A stretch of 64,000 bases of DNA, from NCBI GenBank assembly GCA_001782045.1, contig MFNK01000008.1, forward strand, positions 2,597 through 66,596, written 5' to 3'. Each line of letters begins with the position of its first letter. The stretch's first letter is position 1. The position numbers and the translations under genes are program-made. This stretch comes from Candidatus Levybacteria bacterium RIFCSPHIGHO2_01_FULL_36_15b (GTDB lineage Bacteria; Patescibacteriota; Microgenomatia; Levybacterales; UBA12049). Shown here one piece after another: positions 56,150-64,000 of the stretch. The notes below the pieces were generated by a model. It was not told the origin of the DNA. It was given only the letters and a program-made list of their open reading frames with translations, and did not search any database.

Positions 56150-56677
56150 ATGAAACTTGGGGCAAAAGAGCTGCGGACAACTCGCTCAACAATTTTACAA
56201 AAAAGAAAGTTGAAGAAAAATCCCATATATATAATAGTTGACAATGTTTTGGATACCTACAACGTAGGTGCAATATTTAGGTTGGCGGATGCAGTGGCTG
56301 CGGAAAGAGTAATTTTATGCGGGCAGGCAGAAACGCCCCCTCACACAAGAATTAAGAAAGCGAGTATTAATACTACGGAATGGGTTGCCTGGGAATATGC
56401 TGAAACAGCTATTTCCGCAATCTCAAATCTCAAATCTGAAATCTCAAATCTCAAAGTTGTGGCCATAGAACAGAGTTCAAAATCAGTTCCTTTTGATACA
56501 TTCGACTATCAATTTCCCCTTGCTTTGGTTGTTGGGCATGAAAGCGATGGGGTTTCGAAAGAGGTTTTAAAAATGTCAGATGCAGTTGTGGAACTTCCTA
56601 TGTTTGGGGTTAATAAATCACTCAACGTAATGGTAAGTCTGGGTATAGTGCTATATATGGCAATAAAAAAACTTTAA
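56150..56677 (+). CDS. SpoU/TrmH-family RNA 2'-O-methyltransferase
   Basis: YNVGAIFRLADAV and VVGHESDGVS...NVMVSLGIVLY SPOUT knot motifs. Confidence 0.75.
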   Translation: MKLGAKELRTTRSTILQKRKLKKNPIYIIVDNVLDTYNVGAIFRLADAVAAERVILCGQAETPPHTRIKKASINTTEWVAWEYAETAISAISNLKSEISNLKVVAIEQSSKSVPFDTFDYQFPLALVVGHESDGVSKEVLKMSDAVVELPMFGVNKSLNVMVSLGIVLYMAIKKL

Positions 56678-56679
56678 TA

Positions 56680-57378
56680 ATGGAAAATACTGTTGAAAAT
56701 CAAAAAACACAGTTCTGGGCAAAAAGAGCAGCAAGCGCAATTTCTGTAATGAGAGATCAAAAAATTGCTGGTCTTTTTCCAAAAAACGAAGGGTGGAGAA
56801 ATGTTGTTGAACATGAATTGGTTGAATCAGAGGCAGTAGACGTGCTTGGAGAAATGCTCGGTCTTTCCGTTGCAGATAGAAGTGATTTGAGAATTGCGGC
56901 TCTCGCGCACGATATATTCAAGAGAAAAGAAATCGAAGGCGCACGTGAAAAAGGATCCGAAGAGTTTGATAATTCGGTAAGCGAACAATCGGAATTTTTA
57001 AGGTTAAAGGGATACCCAGAGGAAATAATTATACTAACTCAAGCAGTAGGACACATGGCTTTTAATAGATTTATTAATGATTATCATTCTTTATCTTTGT
57101 CTGAAAAAATTATGCATTATATTGACGATATTACATTAAGATCAGATTTGGTAACACTGGAAAAAAGAATAAACTATCTAATTGATAATCCTGCATACAA
57201 CGATCTGAATGAAAGAGGAAGAAAGATTTATGATGGCAAGACCTTGTTCGAAGTTCAGGCAGAAATTAGCGAAAAGATTCAGATCGAATTTGCGCAAGCA
57301 TTAGATATAGATGATCCAGCTGCGCTACCTCTGGTTATCAGAGAAAAAATTGAACAAAGAATTAAAAACAGTAGTTGA
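56680..57378 (+). CDS. HD-domain phosphohydrolase-like protein
   Basis: H...AALAHDIFK (HD dyad). Confidence 0.5.
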   Translation: MENTVENQKTQFWAKRAASAISVMRDQKIAGLFPKNEGWRNVVEHELVESEAVDVLGEMLGLSVADRSDLRIAALAHDIFKRKEIEGAREKGSEEFDNSVSEQSEFLRLKGYPEEIIILTQAVGHMAFNRFINDYHSLSLSEKIMHYIDDITLRSDLVTLEKRINYLIDNPAYNDLNERGRKIYDGKTLFEVQAEISEKIQIEFAQALDIDDPAALPLVIREKIEQRIKNSS

Positions 57379-57394
57379 TCTATTGCTCTAGGCA

Positions 57395-58687
57395 TTGTTG
57401 TTGGTTATAATCCCACAAATGGTTGAAAGGCAGGTAATTTCCCCAGCAGCAGAAAAAAACGGAAATACTTTTCGCAATGACAGAAAAGAATCTTTTACAC
57501 TTGAGGTTAAAAATAAAGACTTGACGCCTTGGGAAATGGACGCCGTTAAAATAATTGATGGATTCATGGTTGATATAGCCACAAAAAGAAATTTCTTTCT
57601 CCACTTTTTAATCGAAAATCAAAGTTGGGAAACTGTAAAGCAATTTCGAGATATTAACGAAGGCTATTTTCAAAAAGTTTTTGTAGAAATTGCAGATAAA
57701 TTTATTTACGACGAAAGAAAAGTTGCTCTGTATAATAATTTTCATCAAGAATGGAATACCAACAGGGCAAAAGAGTTACTGATTGCAGGTGTCAATTATC
57801 ACGACATTCATGATGAGTTTGATATAGAAAGAAATGAACTCAGATCGATAAGAAGAAAATTATTTGAAGAAGGAAAATTAGAGCTGGGTTTAAGCGAGAA
57901 CGAACTTATGGTTTACGAAGAGAGAAAAGAGGGAGTCGTAAATAATAAAATTTCGAAAAAAACAAAAATACCGCACAACGAAGTAAATAGAACAACAGGG
58001 AAACTTCTATTAATGGGACTAATCGATCCACTAAGTCAGCTAGGGAAAATGCAGGCGGAAGAAACGAGATACGTTTATGATGAAATTATAGATTTTCATA
58101 GGATGGGGTTGTCAACAATAGAAATCTCACGGGAGATGAGAGAGCATTATTTCAAGATAAGACATGCTAAATATAGATTAAGGCAAGCAGGTGAAATAAC
58201 GGATCCCCCAGTTAATAAAATTGCAGAACAAAGAAAAGAAGAAGCGGAGGAAAGGCGTGCAAAAATAAAAGCAGCATTAAAAGACCCAAATGTTTTAGTT
58301 GAACACTTACCAGAGTTAATTAAGGATTTAACAGTTGCTCAGGCAAAGAGAAATGTACAGAAATTAATTCGTAGTGGAGATCTTTTGCCAAGAAGAAAAG
58401 CAAGGAGGATATTTCTTGAAAGGCGACTTCGAAGAGAATTAAGAGAGCATCTAAAAAATAATCCAGGTAAAGATTTTCCGTTCTGGGAATTTATCGAAAG
58501 ATATCATACGGATTTTGGCACATCAATAAAAATTTTTGACAAGATTGAGCATCAAGAAGTAGTTCCAAACATTTTTAGTAAAACCAGGTCTCGACACAAA
58601 TTGCATCGCTTATTTCAAGCTCGCCTGCGACAGATTCAAGATAATTCAATAAGTATCGTAAAAGAGCAAAAGCAAGAAGCTAGCTGA
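57395..58687 (+). CDS. hypothetical highly charged protein
   Basis: 430 aa, Lys/Glu/Arg-rich. Possible HTH-like segment. No family recognised. Confidence 0.3.
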   Translation: MLLVIIPQMVERQVISPAAEKNGNTFRNDRKESFTLEVKNKDLTPWEMDAVKIIDGFMVDIATKRNFFLHFLIENQSWETVKQFRDINEGYFQKVFVEIADKFIYDERKVALYNNFHQEWNTNRAKELLIAGVNYHDIHDEFDIERNELRSIRRKLFEEGKLELGLSENELMVYEERKEGVVNNKISKKTKIPHNEVNRTTGKLLLMGLIDPLSQLGKMQAEETRYVYDEIIDFHRMGLSTIEISREMREHYFKIRHAKYRLRQAGEITDPPVNKIAEQRKEEAEERRAKIKAALKDPNVLVEHLPELIKDLTVAQAKRNVQKLIRSGDLLPRRKARRIFLERRLRRELREHLKNNPGKDFPFWEFIERYHTDFGTSIKIFDKIEHQEVVPNIFSKTRSRHKLHRLFQARLRQIQDNSISIVKEQKQEAS

Positions 58688-58734
58688 AATTGCTAAAGGA
58701 AAATATAGAAAATTTAAAAAATATCGTATAATCT

Positions 58735-59358
58735 TTGCATATGGAACATAAAATCGATCCAAACCTAGTTACAGATAATTACAAAAAACATAATCCCAAA
58801 AACCCCTTACAAAAATTTTTAATTGAGAACTTTTTCAAGGTTTTTGTAAATGCAGTTCGCTTCTATCAAATAAATTCAGTTCTGGATGTAGGTTGTGGAG
58901 AGGGTTTTACTATGAAAAAACTAAAAAATGCCAAAATAGGCAAATCTTGGGAGGGAGTTGAATATTTAGATCGTGCTATAGAAATAGGAAAAAAGATTCA
59001 TCCTGACCTTAAAATCATACAAGGTGATATTTATAGCTTGCCTTATAAAGCAAAATCATTCGATTTGGTTGTTTGCACAGAAGTATTAGAACATTTGGAA
59101 AATCCCAAAAATGCACTTTTAGAGTTAATTAGGGTTTCTAAAAAATATATTTTGCTTTCTGTTCCAAACGAGCCCTGGTTTATGCTGGGTAATTTTCTTC
59201 GCGGAAAAAATCTATCAAGATTTGGAAACGACATAGAACATATTCAACATTGGTCTTCCAACTCTTTTGAAAAGTTTGTAACGCTAAAAGGAGTAAAAAT
59301 AATTGAGAAAAAGCTTCCTTTGCCCTGGACTATTATTCTTCTTAAAAAAACTGTATAA
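58735..59358 (+). CDS. class I SAM-dependent methyltransferase
   Basis: Motif I VLDVGCGEGF. Motif post-II LVVCTEVLEHLENP. Confidence 0.75.
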   Translation: MHMEHKIDPNLVTDNYKKHNPKNPLQKFLIENFFKVFVNAVRFYQINSVLDVGCGEGFTMKKLKNAKIGKSWEGVEYLDRAIEIGKKIHPDLKIIQGDIYSLPYKAKSFDLVVCTEVLEHLENPKNALLELIRVSKKYILLSVPNEPWFMLGNFLRGKNLSRFGNDIEHIQHWSSNSFEKFVTLKGVKIIEKKLPLPWTIILLKKTV

Positions 59359-59370
59359 TCTACGCCTAAT

Positions 59371-59895
59371 ATGGTAGAGCAAGAAGTAAACTATGCAGAC
59401 GAAAAGCAAATTTCGCATATATACTCAGAAGCTGTTGATTTATTAGAAAAGCACGGAGAGCGCTATTATAATTACGACGGAATTGAAATATCGGCCAAAA
59501 GTTTTTTTTGTAATGAAAATGACAGTAGGGGAAGTTCGGATATTTGCCTTGATGCGGATGCAACCGAAGGAATCGCCGGCTCCATTATATTAAGATTAAT
59601 AAGACAAAAAGGAACGAACGCTTATATTCGGGAACTAACGTTTGATAGTTCAAAAGTAATAAATCTCACAGTCCGTGAAAAAGTGAACGATGGAACCCAA
59701 AGTAAAGTTAAAACTACTTATTCGGGCGGCCTTGATAAGGCTTGGATAACTTTGGAGACGGTAAGCAAATATTTAGAAGAAGCAAGAGTAAATTTAGAAG
59801 CAAATTATCAAGAGCCTCCGTGTGAAGACGAAAAACCCTCGCGTTTTACAGCAATTCCTCATAGGCTACTAAACGTCTTTAATGTAAAAAGATAA
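59371..59895 (+). CDS. hypothetical protein
   Basis: 174 aa with no motif recognised. Confidence 0.3.
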   Translation: MVEQEVNYADEKQISHIYSEAVDLLEKHGERYYNYDGIEISAKSFFCNENDSRGSSDICLDADATEGIAGSIILRLIRQKGTNAYIRELTFDSSKVINLTVREKVNDGTQSKVKTTYSGGLDKAWITLETVSKYLEEARVNLEANYQEPPCEDEKPSRFTAIPHRLLNVFNVKR

Positions 59896-59946
59896 ATAAG
59901 ATATTTTAGAAAGCAAAAAACCTCAAAAATATGATATAATTCATGC

Positions 59947-60423
59947 ATGGCAGAAACTGAATATAGTATGGAATCTCACAAAACTTTTGAAAGACCATTA
60001 AATCCCAGAGAAGCGGCAGCTAAATTTGCGAATTGCCTTGAAGAAGTAAGATTAAACTCAGTAAGCGGATCGGTAGATAATTTCAAAATTGAAAAACTTA
60101 GAGCTATCCTAGAGTATGCTCCAATTACAGACGATTTCAAAATGCAAATAGTAAATAGGGTAAGCAGATCTATCGAGACAAAGCTATTAAACTCCGTAGA
60201 AGCGGATTATTTTTTGGACGATTTGGAAATAGATGTTGAAAAAGAGATGTTTGGTATTTTTGATCAAAATGAGGCTAGAGAAATTGAGAGACGAACCATT
60301 AACACGGAAAAAAATAATCCTCATCTGGCTCCAAAATTAGCTCAAGAAGACGAAGCAAAGATTAAACATTGGGCGAAAGCTTTTCAAGCCTTTTACAACG
60401 AAAATCCTTTTGTGCAGCACTAA
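59947..60423 (+). CDS. hypothetical protein
   Basis: 158 aa with no motif recognised. Confidence 0.3.
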   Translation: MAETEYSMESHKTFERPLNPREAAAKFANCLEEVRLNSVSGSVDNFKIEKLRAILEYAPITDDFKMQIVNRVSRSIETKLLNSVEADYFLDDLEIDVEKEMFGIFDQNEAREIERRTINTEKNNPHLAPKLAQEDEAKIKHWAKAFQAFYNENPFVQH

Positions 60424-61661
60424 TGATAGATACCGCAGAATTACCACAAGCAAAAGAAATTGAACTTCGCAAAAATGAAGTTTTTACCGAAGAAGAGATA
60501 ACCGAATACAGAAGAGGCTGTGAATTAGTTGGGCTTAAATTAGGAGAAGCTTTGGATAATACTTTGGAAAAGGGAAAAAGACCAACAATACTTATTCCAT
60601 CAAGAGGCGCTATTCCAATTTTTTTATTGGCAGTAGATTTTTTAAGAAAGAGCGGCGACCACAGGCTGTCAGGTGCGCAAACCGATTATTATCCCGCTGG
60701 GATTTTTGAATATCTATCAGATTCTATTAAGGATGATGTGCAAGGGCATATACAACCAGAGATAGACGTTATTTTATATCCGTTTACCGCAGATTTATCT
60801 GCTCCAAACGAACAGGAGACGGAGTTAGATAAAAAAGTTAGAGCCTCTTGCGCAGCTGCATTTTCTGATCTGGTTTATGGCGACAAAAGCTCAATAGATT
60901 TGCAGTGGAATTTCTTTCTAATGCAAAAATTTAGGGAGGGACAGTACGGAAACTTTATTTTAAGTCCCGCAAAAATCGTTGAATCTTTAAAAAGTATTCC
61001 TAAAAATGAGGACAGAGAAATAATTTTGATAGATACGGTAATATCGGGTAGGGCGGCCTCGGACATTACGGGGGCTTTCAGAGATTTGGGTCATAAGGTT
61101 ACCCCAATATTAGCAGTTGATAGTAAATCCGGTGTAAAACTAAGAAAGGACTATAAAAGCAATATTAGAAATGCTTTGAACAATGAATTCGTTGAAAATT
61201 TTGAAGACCAACTTATTGAATTCCCTTTAATTTCAGAGGACAAAGGGGCAGCTTTACTTGGAGTGAGCGCTGTTAATTTTGCGAACTTTAACGATGAAAA
61301 TTTGTTCCATAAGTCCGCTAATGGCTTTCCTGAAAGTTACACACCTCAAAGTTGCGTGTGGATGATACCTCCTAGGCCAAACTACATTCCCTCTTTTCAC
61401 GGATTTTTAGAAAGATGCAAAGGGGGATTTGATCTAGGTGATAATACGCAAAAAATTGCATGGGAAAAATTATCAGATGATATCAGGGAATTTATAACAT
61501 CAAGAGCTGATGGAGAAGAAGTGCGAGAGGATATGAACGGCCTTTTAAAAGTTCCCGCAGAATCGGCAAATGAAACGGCATCTCATATTATTTCGCTTAA
61601 GCTCTCGCCAAAAGATGCCGCGGCTTGGATACGGGAGTTTTCCTTAAAGTTCTTGACATAA
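60423..61661 (+). CDS. hypothetical protein with phosphoribosyltransferase (PRTase)-like motif
   Basis: ORF track 60369..61661; the in-frame ATG at 60423 abuts the previous stop. EIILIDTVISGRAASD resembles the type I PRTase PRPP-binding loop. Confidence 0.35.
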   Translation: MIDTAELPQAKEIELRKNEVFTEEEITEYRRGCELVGLKLGEALDNTLEKGKRPTILIPSRGAIPIFLLAVDFLRKSGDHRLSGAQTDYYPAGIFEYLSDSIKDDVQGHIQPEIDVILYPFTADLSAPNEQETELDKKVRASCAAAFSDLVYGDKSSIDLQWNFFLMQKFREGQYGNFILSPAKIVESLKSIPKNEDREIILIDTVISGRAASDITGAFRDLGHKVTPILAVDSKSGVKLRKDYKSNIRNALNNEFVENFEDQLIEFPLISEDKGAALLGVSAVNFANFNDENLFHKSANGFPESYTPQSCVWMIPPRPNYIPSFHGFLERCKGGFDLGDNTQKIAWEKLSDDIREFITSRADGEEVREDMNGLLKVPAESANETASHIISLKLSPKDAAAWIREFSLKFLT

Positions 61662-61701
61662 GGTAAAAATAGTATTAATATCCCTTTTGTCGTTTTAAAC
61701 T

Positions 61702-62313
61702 ATGAATAGAGAAAGAGAACCAAGGATAAAAACTTCTGCTTCGAATCAATCCTTAGGATTGAGAGAAGAAGAACTACAACATGTTCCAGCTGCGGACGAC
61801 CGTGAAGAAATAGTAGAGTTTCAGGGACAACCAACTCTTTGGGAAAAAGCAAGAAGAGCTTTTTCGGCAATGAGTGAATTCCGCCTTTTCCATAAGGGAA
61901 ACGTAGGCCTTAGGCACGACAGCAATTATGCAACATCGGAAAATGTCGATGAAGCAAGAAGAAAAGATAAAATTAAAACAAGAACCGAAAGAGTTTCTAG
62001 CAAGGCTGGAAAATTTCCACTAACCACAGAATTTACAGAAAGAAATGTAACTGGCAGGAGAGTTAGATTTGAACATGAAAGCAGGGCGCCAATAGTTCCT
62101 GTAGAAGAAACAGAAGATGTAAAATTGCAGCATGGATCAGGAATCCCGACTGCTTCAAGAAGAGAGGTAAAGAAATACTTAAGACGTCAATCAAACACAA
62201 GGCTCACCGAGTCAGTTGAAGATAAATGGGGACTTCCTCCGGCAGAACTAAAACCAACAGGTGTTTCCTTAGATGCTCTTGCGGAAAGAGGGATTCACAT
62301 AGCAGACGAGTAA
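61702..62313 (+). CDS. hypothetical protein
   Basis: 203 aa, basic. No motif recognised. Confidence 0.3.
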   Translation: MNREREPRIKTSASNQSLGLREEELQHVPAADDREEIVEFQGQPTLWEKARRAFSAMSEFRLFHKGNVGLRHDSNYATSENVDEARRKDKIKTRTERVSSKAGKFPLTTEFTERNVTGRRVRFEHESRAPIVPVEETEDVKLQHGSGIPTASRREVKKYLRRQSNTRLTESVEDKWGLPPAELKPTGVSLDALAERGIHIADE

Positions 62314-62357
62314 GTATTAAATTGACCAATTTAGCTTATATATATTAAGCTTTAAAT

Positions 62358-63659
62358 ATGGAATCTCATTCGGAAACTCTACCAACATCTCCAGAGCAAT
62401 TAAAAGCCCAACAACCACTTGAAGCACCTTATGTAACGATTATTAAAGACGTTGTTCATAAAAAAATCCCAGAACACCAAAAATCCTTTGACATAACGCT
62501 TGACGAAATAAATAGACAAATAACCGGAGACGGTTTATTTCAGTGGGAATCACAAGAAACAAAGGGCGTAAAATTTTTGGCAGGACATCTTTCTGTAACG
62601 CCTGAACTAATTCAAAAGATTGCTTCTCAAAAGCCTCAACCGAAAGAACCAGCAGTCCAGCAAAGAGACACTTTAGATCAAAGACTTGAGCTTTATGTCT
62701 ATTTTGTAGAACCTTCTTTTGGCGTTGGAGAAGATGGTAGCGCGCTGAGCGCTTTGGATATGGGAATAGCAAGATTTATAGCTGAAATGCCAAAAGTCGC
62801 CCAAGCAATAAGAAGTGGAGAAGAACCGCCCGCAATAGACATTTACTTAGTGGGAGGACCAACTGCATTGGGCGGCCAAGTTACCAGGGAATTTGTGGAT
62901 AGCGTTAAACAAAATGGGTTTTCTGAATACGGAAAGCTTTACGCAGAATTTGTAAAACAGAAATTAGCAAGTATAGATCTTGATAAAACCAGAGTCGTTT
63001 TGCAAGGAGCATCAAAAGGAGCTATTACATCTGATAAAACTTATGCTAATTTACCAACTAATATGCAAGAAAGAACTCAACTTCTTTATGATAACCCAGC
63101 TGGTACTCAAGGAGAAAATATTCCTACACAAATTGGAAGAAGTATAAACTTGGGAGTTGGAATGGTTACAGAGTTGGGTATTAGAAAGTTTGCAGGTACT
63201 GTAAAAGGTGGAGCTTTTTCTGGGCAAACAGAATTTTACAGGGCAATCTCTCAAGAAAAAGGAATAGAACCGGATTCGGAAGAGCAAAAAAAATTAAAGA
63301 GAGAACTATTTATTCGAGGAGAGGTTGCGGCTTTAGCAAAAGGAACCCCGCTAGATTCAGAACAACGATCATTTAGTAGAATTTCGACTCCAGATCCAGT
63401 AAATATTAATTTTGGAAATATATTAAGAGTAGTAAAAAAGGATCTTTTCGAAGATGTATTCGAAAAGATTGGTGCAATGAGAATTGGTGTTCCTTTCGGT
63501 CAAAGGAGAGCTTTAGTTGCAAAGCAAGAGGGAAAAAGATTAACTTTTGCAACTGGTAATACTGTTCATAATTTTCCTTGGGTTAGGAGTATCGATAGCG
63601 GATCATGGGCACAGAAAATGGAATTTGTTGAGAATTCTCAAGCTCCTACTGCGTCTTGA
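62358..63659 (+). CDS. hypothetical protein
   Basis: 433 aa with no motif recognised. Confidence 0.35.
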   Translation: MESHSETLPTSPEQLKAQQPLEAPYVTIIKDVVHKKIPEHQKSFDITLDEINRQITGDGLFQWESQETKGVKFLAGHLSVTPELIQKIASQKPQPKEPAVQQRDTLDQRLELYVYFVEPSFGVGEDGSALSALDMGIARFIAEMPKVAQAIRSGEEPPAIDIYLVGGPTALGGQVTREFVDSVKQNGFSEYGKLYAEFVKQKLASIDLDKTRVVLQGASKGAITSDKTYANLPTNMQERTQLLYDNPAGTQGENIPTQIGRSINLGVGMVTELGIRKFAGTVKGGAFSGQTEFYRAISQEKGIEPDSEEQKKLKRELFIRGEVAALAKGTPLDSEQRSFSRISTPDPVNINFGNILRVVKKDLFEDVFEKIGAMRIGVPFGQRRALVAKQEGKRLTFATGNTVHNFPWVRSIDSGSWAQKMEFVENSQAPTAS

Positions 63660-63683
63660 CATTGCCTCAAAAGTCACTATAAT
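63656..63683 (+). promoter_or_regulatory. consensus sigma70 promoter TTGACA-16-TATAAT (candidate rRNA operon promoter)
   Basis: Perfect hexamers at 63656-63661 and 63678-63683, about 250 nt upstream of the 16S 5' end. Confidence 0.5.
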
Positions 63684-63930
63684 AGATTTCACTATGTAAA
63701 GACTCTTGCCAAAGACGTTGGTTTAGAACCCGCCTCTGGCGGGATTTTTAGTCTTTAATAGCTTAATTTGCACTTTGATAATTTGGGGTGAGGAACCGGA
63801 ACAAAATAACTTTCAATCAACTAAATTAGTAATTAGTTGACAATCAGAAAGTGGTAGGAATTTTTTGTTAGATTAATTCCTTAAAGAAAATCTAACAAGG
63901 TTTAGCTGTAAAGCTAACCCAATTTTTTTG

Positions 63931-64000
63931 AGAATTTGATCCTGGTTCAGGATGAACGCTGGCGGCGTGCCTTAAGCATGCAAGTCAAGGGGGCTCCGCA
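63931..64000 (+). rRNA. 16S rRNA, 5' end (partial; continues beyond window)
   Basis: AGAATTTGATCCTGGTTCAGGATGAACGCTGGCGGCGTGCCTAAGCATGCAAGTC matches the universal 16S 5' region. Confidence 0.85.

Noticed and set aside
1-64000. CRISPR arrays
   Set aside because: No regularly spaced 25-40 bp direct-repeat array was seen anywhere. The only short dispersed repeat has 5 irregularly spaced copies and no spacer-like periodicity.

Overview
This 64 kb window is AT-rich (roughly 35-40% GC) and densely packed on both strands, with short intergenic regions and many ATGA start/stop overlaps. The gene content is that of a small-genome bacterium, and several features are consistent with Patescibacteria/CPR, which is an inference. 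Housekeeping genes recognised from the translations include argS, ndk, two mreB paralogs with mreC, mreD and PBP2, fmt and def, dprA, topA, galU, fbp, and a secE-nusG-rplK-rplA ... rplJ-rplL cluster. Also recognised are rpmG, rpmB, TrmH-like and SAM-dependent methyltransferases, an M16 peptidase, an M50 peptidase, a sortase, a VKOR/DsbA pair, six tRNAs, and the 5' start of a 16S rRNA at the right edge.

The most interesting thing here is a large, previously unrecognisable paralogous protein family. At least 13 ORFs in four loci (1749-6504, 7840-8778, 19844-22836, 26281-27417) share a near-invariant peptide motif, roughly [AS][ND][EQ]VADLDPY[GN]xR(G)KP.

- The motif sits at the C-terminus of three tandem genes (each followed by an ATGA-overlapping next gene), at the N-terminus of eight others, and internally in two.
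- It separates shuffled, repeated variable modules.
- One two-gene copy is inserted inside the otherwise conserved rplKA/rplJL ribosomal cluster.
- An M16 (insulinase-type) peptidase sits between two family loci.

I cannot assign this family to any known domain; it looks like a motif-delimited, modular, rapidly diversifying family, possibly a secreted or processed effector/surface family. This is a hypothesis. Other points are a dispersed ~20 bp repeat (5 copies), a tRNA-3'-end duplication scar with a nuclease-like ORF inside the tRNA cluster, an 886 bp ORF-free AT-rich block, and ribosomal proteins with long low-complexity extensions.
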